A stretch of 64,000 nucleotides of DNA, taken from NCBI GenBank assembly GCA_037310415.1, contig CP147780.1:224001-288000 (forward strand). The letters run 5' to 3'. Origin of the DNA: Candidatus Atabeyarchaeum deiterrae (GTDB lineage: Archaea > Asgardarchaeota > Atabeyarchaeia > Atabeyarchaeales > Atabeyarchaeaceae). The position numbers and the translations under genes are program-made. Of this stretch, positions 1 to 8,778 are shown piece by piece. The number at the start of each line of letters is the position of its first letter. Position 1 is the stretch's first letter. Under the pieces are notes generated by a model, which saw nothing but the letters and a program-made list of their open reading frames with translations, was not told where the DNA came from and searched no databases.

Positions 1-183
1 TCGGTAAGGAAATGGCTGAACGCAAACTACATGGACAAGCAGATGGGACTGGAAGGAGAAGTCGAGACAAAGAAGAAACTATTTAGAATTTCAGTAATAT
101 TCATAATACTCACTTGGATATTGTTGTTCTTAGTGCCTTTCGTTTTTGCGTCTTGGGGTCCTCCGCCGCCCTCTAGCCCTTAG
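1..183 (+). CDS. 3' end of a membrane protein truncated by the window edge
   Basis: Frame 1 is open from base 1 and encodes KKK, a hydrophobic stretch (LFRISVIFIILTWILLFLVPFVFA) and PPPPSSP, ending in TAG TAG TAG. Confidence 0.55.
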   Translation, partial: SVRKWLNANYMDKQMGLEGEVETKKKLFRISVIFIILTWILLFLVPFVFASWGPPPPSSP

Positions 184-349
184 TAGTAGTCGACTAACCG
201 GCTAGCTTTTTAGTATTTATACTCCTTTTCCCAGAATAGCTATCTATCCGTATGCTTTGTAAGGACTCCATTGGCTAATGCGGGGACTTCATGAGATAGC
301 CAGCTACCTTTAAGAGGCTGTGACTAGTAATGAAGGAGGAACAATCCGA

Positions 350-1888
350 ATGAGTGACGTGAGACTCACAACTCAAAAACTATCAATCAGAGATGTTGTC
401 AGTGTTGCTCGTGGATTTGCCAAAGTGGAACTTTCCACCGAAGCCACAGAGAACGTCCAGAAAGCCCAGGCTACAGTTGAGAAAGCAGTTTCAGAAGGAA
501 GAATTGTCTATGGCGTTACCACTGGATTCGGAGCTCTGAGCGACAAGATCATTTCCAAGAAAGATGTGGAGAAACTACAGAGAAATCTCCTGCGCAGTCA
601 CGCTGCCGGTGTTGGCGAACCACTCGACACAGAGACAACTAGAGCGCTCATGATTCTCCGCGCCAATACGTTGGCAAGGGGCTACTCCGGCATTTCTTGT
701 GATACTCTTCAACTTCTTATCAGAATGCTGAACGCGCATATTCATCCAGTAGTTCCCGGAAAAGGTTCTGTTGGCGCAAGCGGTGATCTCGCTCCGCTAG
801 CACATATGGCGCTTGCCATGATTGGCGAGGGAAAAGTTGAGTACAAAGGTAGAATCATGCAATCTAATTGTGCTTTGAAGAAAGCTAGTTTAGATACTGC
901 CGCGCTCGGTCCTAAGGAAGGCTTAGCACTGATCAATGGATCGCAATTGATCACTGCGATAGGAGCGCTTACTGTCCATGATTCTGAGAATCTGCTAAAG
1001 ACCTCTCAGGTAGCGACAGCGATGTCGTTGGAAGCGATGAACGGAAGAGTTGAACCTTTCGATAAGAGGATCCATATGGTCAGGCCTCATGCCGGGCAGA
1101 TCGCTGTCGCGGAAAACATCTTGAAAATAGTTGAAGGTAGCTTAATACTCCATGAACCCAGCAACAAGAGAGTTCAAGATGCTTATTCATTGAGATGTTC
1201 GCCTCAGGTTATTGGCGCATCCAAAGATGCCATAGAATATGTTCGGCGGGTTGTCGAAGTTGAGATCAACTCTGCAACAGATAACCCGTTGGTCTTTGCA
1301 GAAGATGGTGAGATATTATCTGGTGGCAACTTCCATGGCCAACCCTTGGCAATCGCAATGGACCTTCTAGCTATTTCACTCTGTAACATTGGTAACATAT
1401 GCGAGCGGAGAATCGCCAGGCTAACCGACGAAAAACTAAGTGGAGGATTGCCTCCATTCTTGCTGAAGAAGAGCAGTGAGGAGGGAGTAAGTAGCGGATT
1501 CATGATAGCTCAGTGCACAGCTGCATCCCTCGCTGCCGAAAACAGGTGTTTATCCAATCCTTCGAGCGTAAACTCGATTCCGACTAGCGCCAACCAAGAG
1601 GATCATGTAAGTATGGGGGTCACAGCTGCAAGAAAAGCGAAGGAGATTCTGAAGAACACTGAACACGTCGTTGCTATTGAACTACTATGTGCAGCACAAG
1701 GACTTGAGTTTAGAGGCGTGAATAATGCCGGGATAGGAACACTAGAGGCATATCGACTGATTAGAAAAGTCGCGCCAAGCTTGGAAGAGGATACTGAATT
1801 GTCTCCACTAATAGAAGCCGTGGCTAGCTTGGTTCACAAGGCGGAACTTGTAGACGCCATTGAGAAAAAAGTAGGCAAGTTCAACTAA
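350..1888 (+). CDS. hutH: Histidine ammonia-lyase
   Basis: YGVTTGFG, the MIO-forming GSVGASGDLAPL, QDAYSLRC, GGNFHG and NQEDHVSMG motifs. ATG 350 follows GGAGG. Confidence 0.93.
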   Translation: MSDVRLTTQKLSIRDVVSVARGFAKVELSTEATENVQKAQATVEKAVSEGRIVYGVTTGFGALSDKIISKKDVEKLQRNLLRSHAAGVGEPLDTETTRALMILRANTLARGYSGISCDTLQLLIRMLNAHIHPVVPGKGSVGASGDLAPLAHMALAMIGEGKVEYKGRIMQSNCALKKASLDTAALGPKEGLALINGSQLITAIGALTVHDSENLLKTSQVATAMSLEAMNGRVEPFDKRIHMVRPHAGQIAVAENILKIVEGSLILHEPSNKRVQDAYSLRCSPQVIGASKDAIEYVRRVVEVEINSATDNPLVFAEDGEILSGGNFHGQPLAIAMDLLAISLCNIGNICERRIARLTDEKLSGGLPPFLLKKSSEEGVSSGFMIAQCTAASLAAENRCLSNPSSVNSIPTSANQEDHVSMGVTAARKAKEILKNTEHVVAIELLCAAQGLEFRGVNNAGIGTLEAYRLIRKVAPSLEEDTELSPLIEAVASLVHKAELVDAIEKKVGKFN

Positions 1889-1919
1889 CAGATCCTGCCT
1901 GTTTCATCCGAAAGAATAC

Positions 1920-3215
1920 TTATTCCACGATTCTCCCCTTTTCTGCCACCAACCTTCCTTTCTTGAAGACTTTTTCCGCCAAGTTAATGCCGTAGTGGTA
2001 CGGGAAATACCTGTGGTTGGGAGCGTCAAAAATGACTATATCCGCCATTTTTCCTTCTTCCAAAGTCCCCACCTCATGAGCTCGTTCTATTGAGTGAGCG
2101 GCATTGATTGTTGATGCCACAAGGGCCTCTTCTGTGGTCATTTTCATCTGCAGAACTGCAATGGTCATCATCATTTGCATCGATTCGCACATATCTGCTG
2201 CGCTTAGGTCAGTTCCCAATGCGACGGGCAATCCTGCGTTCATGATTTCTCTCGCCCTTGCATATGTGCCCAAATAGCAGAATGGAGTGGTCGGCAAGAA
2301 AGTGCCAATTATGCCCTTTTTTCTAAGGACTTCGATTTCCTCTGGGGGTGTAAAGATTAGATGGTCAGCTGAGATAACTCCCAACTCTGCCCCTAGTTTT
2401 GCTCCCCCGCTGTGGATAAGCCAGTCGGCATGAATTCTCAGCTTCATGCCATATTTCTTGCCAGTCTCAAGTATCCGCCTCGACTGTTCCACGTTGAAGT
2501 ATCCTTTCTCGCAGAAAACATCACAGTATTCGGCAAGTTTTCTCTTCGCGACTTCTGGGATCCATTTTCTGGCTATTTCATCTGTTAGCTGATCAACTTT
2601 GCCTTCGTACTCGAATGGAATTCCTTGGGCCATAAAAGTGGGGACAATGTCGATTGGATGCGCCTTATTGAGGGTCTTGATCATTTCCATCTGTCTGATT
2701 TCGCCTTGAAATGTCATTTCGTATCCGCTTTTCGCTTCTATCGTTGTCGTGCCGTGAATCAGCATCGTGTCAAGTATATGCGTAGTTCGTCTCAGCAGTT
2801 CCTCGGTGGAGGCCGCTCCTGTCTTCCTGAGAGTTGTTGGCATACCTCCTCCTTTGGCTTTGATTTCTAGGTACGGAATGCCTTTCACAGCCATTGCCTC
2901 AAGTTCTTCTTCTCTTGAGCCGGCGAAAACTAGGTGAACATGCGGGTCGATCAGCCCAGGTGTGACGAGTTTGCCGCTTGCATCTATGACTTCATATCCT
3001 TTCTCAAGTTTGTCTAAAACTTCCTTCGTAGTCCCAACAGCCATTATTTTTCCATCTTTGACTGCGACTGCTCCGTCTCTTATAATGCCAAGGTCGTTCA
3101 TTTCTTCTTTGATTTGGGGTCTGTCACTTTTCCCCTTCAGAGTGGTCAACTCATTTGCGTTGATTATTGTGAAATCAGCTTTCATTGCTTTGTCTTTCCC
3201 CTTTCTTGTTGACAA
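1920..3215 (-). CDS. hutI: Imidazolonepropionase-like amidohydrolase (divergent HutI)
   Basis: PGLIDPHVHLVFAGSR, GTTTIEAKSGY, DVFCEKGYF, SADHL and GTLEEGKMAD. Adjacent to hutH. Alternative start ATG 3185. Confidence 0.75.
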   Translation of the reverse strand: MSTRKGKDKAMKADFTIINANELTTLKGKSDRPQIKEEMNDLGIIRDGAVAVKDGKIMAVGTTKEVLDKLEKGYEVIDASGKLVTPGLIDPHVHLVFAGSREEELEAMAVKGIPYLEIKAKGGGMPTTLRKTGAASTEELLRRTTHILDTMLIHGTTTIEAKSGYEMTFQGEIRQMEMIKTLNKAHPIDIVPTFMAQGIPFEYEGKVDQLTDEIARKWIPEVAKRKLAEYCDVFCEKGYFNVEQSRRILETGKKYGMKLRIHADWLIHSGGAKLGAELGVISADHLIFTPPEEIEVLRKKGIIGTFLPTTPFCYLGTYARAREIMNAGLPVALGTDLSAADMCESMQMMMTIAVLQMKMTTEEALVASTINAAHSIERAHEVGTLEEGKMADIVIFDAPNHRYFPYHYGINLAEKVFKKGRLVAEKGRIVE

Positions 3216-4544
3216 CTAGACGTCTAGATACTTCTTTCTCTCCCACTCATGCACGGTGAAGCTGAATTCTTTCCACTCTTTGGTCTTGAGTTGCAGGAAT
3301 TTCTCGCTGAATGCCTCACCTAAGGCATCCTGCAGGTACTTGTCTTCAGAGAACTCACTTAACGCCTCCCCTAGATTTCCCGGAAGTACCTCTATACCTC
3401 TCTCAGTCCTTTGTTTTTCACTCATCTCATAGATGTCTTCCTCTACGGGCTCCGGAAGCGCGATTTTTCTTTTGATGCCATCCAATCCAGCGGCCAGAAT
3501 GCCAGCAAATGCAGTGTAGAAATTGCATGATCCATCCGTGGGTCTGTACTCCACCCTAGTTCTCATTTCTTTTCCAGGTGGGACCCTGATAAGAACTGAC
3601 CGATTATACTTTGCCCATGAAAGATATACTGGGGCTTCCCAGCCTGGTACGAGCCTCTTGTACGAGTTAACTGACGAGCTAGTCAGCGCTACCAGAGCCT
3701 TTGCATGACTCAAAATACCTGCTATGAAGTCCAAGGCTGTCTTGCTTAGACCATAGCTTCCTTTCGGGTCATAGAATAGGTTCTCAGACTTTTCGTCATC
3801 TGTGAGGCTAACATGAGTGTGGAGTCCACATCCATATCCATCATGGAAGGGTTTCGGCATGAAAGAAGCGACAAGACCCTTTCTGGCCGCAGTCATTTTC
3901 ACAACAAACTTAACCAAATAATTGATGTCAGCCATTCTCAATGCATCAGTGTAGACCAAGTTCAGCTCGTACTTTCCAGGAGGCACTTCGTGGTGATGTT
4001 TTTCAACCGTGATACCGCTGTTCCTAAGATTTTCAGTAATTTCAAGTCTTACATCAATGCCGAGGTCTGCTGGGGGACTGGCTAGAAATCCCCCTTCGTC
4101 ATATCGTTTGATGCTGCCGTCCTCGCCTTTCTTGAATAGGAAGTATTCTATCTCGCTGCACGCGTTATACTTGACAGTGCTCCCTAAGCTTTCCTTAGAA
4201 TCTTCCATAACTTTCTTAAGAACAAACCTCGGGTCAACCTCAAAAGGCCTATCTGATTCTGGCTCGTAAATGTCACATATTACTCTTGCCATTTTCTGAG
4301 CGAAGAGATTTGGCGGCAATATGACAAATGTGTCTACAACTGGCATCAGCTTCAAGTCGCTTTCGCTTATGTCCACCATATCGACAGATGAGCCGTCCAT
4401 GTGTATACCCTCTTCAGCCACCTTCGGAAAAAGGTCAGAAGGCACCCAAAGAGAGTGCAGGATACCAGATATGTCCGTAAACTGTAACGCAATCTCTTTC
4501 ACGTTCTCCTTCTTGACAATCTTTGCAATTTCTGATTCGCTCAT
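3216..4544 (-). CDS. glnA: Glutamine synthetase, type I-alpha-like
   Basis: DGSS, HHHEV, FMPKPF, NSYKRLVPGWEAP, NRSVLIRVP and EYR motifs. Abuts hutI. Confidence 0.85.
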   Translation of the reverse strand: MSESEIAKIVKKENVKEIALQFTDISGILHSLWVPSDLFPKVAEEGIHMDGSSVDMVDISESDLKLMPVVDTFVILPPNLFAQKMARVICDIYEPESDRPFEVDPRFVLKKVMEDSKESLGSTVKYNACSEIEYFLFKKGEDGSIKRYDEGGFLASPPADLGIDVRLEITENLRNSGITVEKHHHEVPPGKYELNLVYTDALRMADINYLVKFVVKMTAARKGLVASFMPKPFHDGYGCGLHTHVSLTDDEKSENLFYDPKGSYGLSKTALDFIAGILSHAKALVALTSSSVNSYKRLVPGWEAPVYLSWAKYNRSVLIRVPPGKEMRTRVEYRPTDGSCNFYTAFAGILAAGLDGIKRKIALPEPVEEDIYEMSEKQRTERGIEVLPGNLGEALSEFSEDKYLQDALGEAFSEKFLQLKTKEWKEFSFTVHEWERKKYLDV

Positions 4545-4693
4545 TCTAGTCCCTCTGAGAACATCGCCTCTCCTTCATCTTATATTACTTTCTTAGACGC
4601 GCGCAAATATCTAAGAGTAAGTTGTATAAATGCTTGGCAACGAGACTCATATTTAGTGAGAACTGATGATTCCGAGGATTGTGAGATTTCAAG

Positions 4694-5608
4694 ATGGAGT
4701 TTAAGGTTAATGGGGTACCGGTTGACGATACTTTCTGCGAGACCTTTACAGTACGCGTTGCTAGGATACTTGTGACGTCTGTCAATAGGAAGTGGGCCTT
4801 AGAATCAGCATTGGAAGCCAAAGGTCTTGGGAGATCGGCTACTATTCCACCTTGCGAAGCATCTATAGAGGCTGAGGCTAGAACTGAAGAGACTCCTGAC
4901 GGTAGACCAGGTTTCATAATTCAATTCATCGACAGGAAGATCGAGCAACTAAAAGAATGGTTCATAGTTCGAGTGAGAAAGGGTGTAGTGCCATACCCTA
5001 AGACCAACGTGTTTGATGCTCTGCCAGGGGAGACAGCCGAGGAGTTCTTGGATATCAGAGGCACAATCATACAGACCTTCGGAGATGGATTTGAAGAGGA
5101 AGTCGAAGCTTTTGGAAAACAGGTTTACAGAATACCAAGGATGGACGGGTATTTTCATATTCAGAATAGATTCGGAATTGCGAAAGGCGTGGCTGGCGGC
5201 ATGTTCATGATTCTTGCAGAGACGGATGAAGCAGCACTGAAAGCCGCCGAGCGAGCAACTGAAGGCGTGAAATCCATTCCATATGTTGTCGGTAAGTTTG
5301 CTGCCTCTGGAACCAAGGTTGGAGGAAAGAAGTACAAGGATGCTGTCGCTACCACCAACGACGCATACTGCCCGAGCCTAGCGGGAAGCGAAGGTAGCAT
5401 GATTTCTAAGGACGTGAAATGTGTATACGAAGTCATAGTAAGTGGATTGATGCTAGAGAATGTGACCAGGGCAATGAAAGTTGGCATACAAAACGCCACA
5501 AAGATACGAGGAGTGCTAAGAATAACCGCGTCCAACTACGGTGGAACACTCGGAAAAGGAAAAATCTTGCTTCGCGACCTATTCAACTCTGAGAATCAAG
5601 GGGCTTAA
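4694..5608 (+). CDS. ftr: Formylmethanofuran:H4MPT formyltransferase family protein (divergent Ftr)
   Basis: NGVPVDDTFCETF, TPDGRPG, FGDGFE, IPRMDG, GVAGG, TNDAYCPSL, YEVIVSGL and NYGGTLG. Confidence 0.82.
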   Translation: MEFKVNGVPVDDTFCETFTVRVARILVTSVNRKWALESALEAKGLGRSATIPPCEASIEAEARTEETPDGRPGFIIQFIDRKIEQLKEWFIVRVRKGVVPYPKTNVFDALPGETAEEFLDIRGTIIQTFGDGFEEEVEAFGKQVYRIPRMDGYFHIQNRFGIAKGVAGGMFMILAETDEAALKAAERATEGVKSIPYVVGKFAASGTKVGGKKYKDAVATTNDAYCPSLAGSEGSMISKDVKCVYEVIVSGLMLENVTRAMKVGIQNATKIRGVLRITASNYGGTLGKGKILLRDLFNSENQGA

Positions 5609-5769
5609 AGCAGGTTGCTATTGAAGCTCTTTCGCCTCCCTTCAGAAAAACAAATGAAAAACGGTGGAAGAACAGTGCACCACATGGTGGCTTTAAATAC
5701 GAACATTGGAATAGACTTGCAGTCTTAAACAAACGAAGAGAAAAAGCAACCTGAAGGTGAAGGCATCAT

Positions 5770-6039
5770 TTGAGTGAAACCATATCGTGTGAAGAAAATC
5801 AAAAGAAAATGTCCAATGAGCAATCCTTATTGATGCATGTTGATCCCCTTAACGCCGAAGACCGGATGAGAGCCGCTAGAGAGGTATTCACTTCTGTCAC
5901 ATGTGATTGCCCTTTTTTTGATCAGAAGCTCAGATCAAAATGTGTGGTTGACCCACATGTGATATTCATACCTGAATGCACTGGCAAAAGCTTTTCCAAC
6001 GGAATCTGCTGCCCAAAGATACTCCAGTCGTCTACCTGA
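5770..6039 (+). CDS. Small Cys-rich hypothetical protein
   Basis: Preceded by GAAGGTGA; contains CDCP..C..C..CC. The start may be ATG 5809. Confidence 0.45.
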   Translation: MSETISCEENQKKMSNEQSLLMHVDPLNAEDRMRAAREVFTSVTCDCPFFDQKLRSKCVVDPHVIFIPECTGKSFSNGICCPKILQSST

Positions 6040-6218
6040 AGGCGACACTGGAGCGGGTAATACGGAACTCGTCGACGCATCCTCGCTGGTGAATTGCTGT
6101 AGTTTTCCGACTGCCGAGTTTTGGCACCTCTTTCTTTTGCTCACTCACTACAATGCTCTGCAAGAACACAGAGATCCATTCTCTTATTTTTTGATGTAAG
6201 GCTGAGAGCCACGCACTA

Positions 6219-7490
6219 ATGCATTGCGTAGTTCACTATTGCTATTCTCGATTCGGGCGCATTCAAGGAAAACCTAAAATGTGTCGTACATCCACTGTCA
6301 ATATGGCTTCCCGATTGAATTCAAGTTCTTACGGAGAGGTAGGTAACTTGCCAGCACCCCGCCCCCCTGTTTCGCATGCTCTGCTTGACGATTTGAACTA
6401 TATAGCCAAGGTCGACACTTCCAAGATGCGCAATATAATGCTTTGCTACCCTGAATCTTGCCTCGAGGCATTTGAGTTGGCAGACGACTTGGATCTTCCC
6501 GAAATAATCTCTCCAATGCCTAAGAACATAGTATTCCTAGGCATGGGAGGTTCATCCATTGGAGGAAGTTTGATCAAAGCTTGGGCTACTGAACACTCCA
6601 AGATCCCAATTGTGTTAAGCCAAGATTATCATTTGCCCAGTTTTGTCGACAGGTATTCATTTGTTGTTGCAGTGAGCTACTCTGGAGACACGGAAGAAAC
6701 CTTGTCTGCCTTCGTTGAAGCCGTAGAGAGAGGATCTACAGTCGTATCTGTTGCTTCCGGGGGAAAGTTGGCGGAGTTCTCTGATGAGCTAAAGATCCCA
6801 TGTGTGAGGCTTCCGCCAGGGTTGCCCCCGAGAGGCGCTCTACCATATCTCTTCATGCCACTTTTGTCGCTCATCAGTAGAGCCGGAATAAACGTAGACC
6901 CTGAAGAAAGAGATGAGATGATAGAAGTAGGTAGAACACTAAGGAACGAATTGAGACCTGAGAGCAAGTTTAGTAACAACAGGGCGAAACAGATTGCCTT
7001 CGGGCTACATGGTTTTATTCCAGTGATCTACGGCTGGGGAAGATACGTTCCCGTAGCTCAGAGAATGAAAACTCAGTTGAACGAGAACTCAAAGATGCTC
7101 GCATTCTGGTCGACCTTACCAGAAGCAGATCACAACGATGTTGTAGGCTGGGAAGGAGATAAAGAGAACTCAAAGAAGTTCTGTGCACTAGTGATAAGAG
7201 ATTCTCAGGAACCCGAAGAAATCTGGAATAGGATAGAATCCACTAAGAGAATAGTTCTGGAAAGCAACCTTGGCAAGGTTATTGAAATAAGAGCGATTGG
7301 AGAGACACCGTTAGCAAGAATGTTCTCCGTAATATCCATGGGCGACTTAGTAAGTCTGTATGCGGCAATATTGAGAGGAGTTGACCCTACGCCAGTAAAA
7401 GTGATCGAGAGACTAAAAATCGACATGACTGGCAATCTTGGTGTAACTAGCCTTTTGGAGAAAAAAGTGAAGAACATGAAGTTCGGGTAG
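6219..7490 (+). CDS. Bifunctional phosphoglucose/phosphomannose isomerase
   Basis: SIS motifs GMGGSSIGG, SYSGDTEET, PPRGA, QLNENSK, PEADHN and GVDPTPV. The true start is probably downstream of 6219. Confidence 0.9.
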   Translation: MHCVVHYCYSRFGRIQGKPKMCRTSTVNMASRLNSSSYGEVGNLPAPRPPVSHALLDDLNYIAKVDTSKMRNIMLCYPESCLEAFELADDLDLPEIISPMPKNIVFLGMGGSSIGGSLIKAWATEHSKIPIVLSQDYHLPSFVDRYSFVVAVSYSGDTEETLSAFVEAVERGSTVVSVASGGKLAEFSDELKIPCVRLPPGLPPRGALPYLFMPLLSLISRAGINVDPEERDEMIEVGRTLRNELRPESKFSNNRAKQIAFGLHGFIPVIYGWGRYVPVAQRMKTQLNENSKMLAFWSTLPEADHNDVVGWEGDKENSKKFCALVIRDSQEPEEIWNRIESTKRIVLESNLGKVIEIRAIGETPLARMFSVISMGDLVSLYAAILRGVDPTPVKVIERLKIDMTGNLGVTSLLEKKVKNMKFG

Positions 7491-7495
7491 CCAAG

Positions 7496-8455
7496 TCAAA
7501 TTGGACACTTAATTCCCGACTTTGGATCCGTCATCTTCTTGTTTTTCAGAGCCCATACAAGGTTCTTGGTGTTGTGTGCCAAGCCGTAATTGTAGTTCTT
7601 GTCAATTGTTATTATTCCCATGTCAAGTCCCTGTTGTCTGCTATTCACTAGATCGATGCAGCGTCTTGCAGAGTCCTGGGCGTTTGATCCTTCTTCAATG
7701 TACTGGCACGCAGTTTTGGCTAGGCAGAGTCTAACCGCAACTTCCCCTATTCCCGTGCAGCTAGCTGCTGAGTTCATGTCAGCGTAATTCCCGCCGCCGA
7801 TTATTGGAGTGTCTCCAATTCTGCCTGGTAGCTTGAGCATCAATCCGCCAGTCGAGGTAGCAGCGGCAGTGTTTCCATCGGAATCAATGGCTAGAGCTCC
7901 AACGGTTTCGCCGAGGTCGGGAAACAACTTCATGAGATCCATCGTTTTTGGAAGATAATCTAGTCTCCCCTCATGGAATTTCTTCTTAGCTTCCTTCCAC
8001 ATCTCGACACGTTCAGCTGTTCTTGGGTCACAGCGTTCGAGTCCGAATTTCTCGGCTATTCTCTCCGCAGAGGTACCAGCGACGAACACATGGTCCGTCT
8101 TCTCCATGATGGCTCTAGCCAGAGAAACTGGGTGGCGGACATTTGAAATCATGGCAACAGCCCCTGCGTCAAGAGACTTGCCATCAGAAATAGATGCGTC
8201 CATCTCAATGGTACCTTTGATTGTCAAGACGGATCCTGTACCTGCGTTGAAGCTAGGGTTATCCTCCATGATTCCCACGCATTCTTCAACAGCATCTAGT
8301 GCGCTTCCTTGCCGCTCTAGTATTGAAGAGGCTCCGTTGACAGCTTCGCTTACGCCTTTCTCCACAATCTTCTCCCTTCCGGATCTAACTTCGCCAGCTC
8401 CGCCGTGAGCAACGATCAGATAGTTGTGCAATAGCATAAACTTCACCAAACACAT
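7496..8455 (-). CDS. Isoaspartyl peptidase / L-asparaginase (Ntn hydrolase)
   Basis: HGGAG, FNAGTGS, EMDASI, autocleavage site ETVGA, TSTGG and GRIGDTP. Confidence 0.92.
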   Translation of the reverse strand: MCLVKFMLLHNYLIVAHGGAGEVRSGREKIVEKGVSEAVNGASSILERQGSALDAVEECVGIMEDNPSFNAGTGSVLTIKGTIEMDASISDGKSLDAGAVAMISNVRHPVSLARAIMEKTDHVFVAGTSAERIAEKFGLERCDPRTAERVEMWKEAKKKFHEGRLDYLPKTMDLMKLFPDLGETVGALAIDSDGNTAAATSTGGLMLKLPGRIGDTPIIGGGNYADMNSAASCTGIGEVAVRLCLAKTACQYIEEGSNAQDSARRCIDLVNSRQQGLDMGIITIDKNYNYGLAHNTKNLVWALKNKKMTDPKSGIKCPI

Positions 8456-8778
8456 ATTGATTACGATTAGTTGGAACTGGGAACTTCCTCCCTTTAATCT
8501 TTTTACGAGGGGAAAACCTCAGACAAGAATCATTGGACCCGCCAACATAACGGCAAGAAAGAGATTGTAGAAAGATGCGACTCTAGCATATTCTGAACCT
8601 GGTATGTGCTATTTATTTACGGGTTTTTGTGATTTGCATTCGATTAGCAAGAGAAAAAACGTAAAAAGAGAACCCTCAAAGTATGATAATGTGATGACCC
8701 AAAAGATACTATCATCACTCGTTAATTCAAAGCAGTACACGTCGTTTTGAACTATACCTTGACTTATGGTGTACAACC

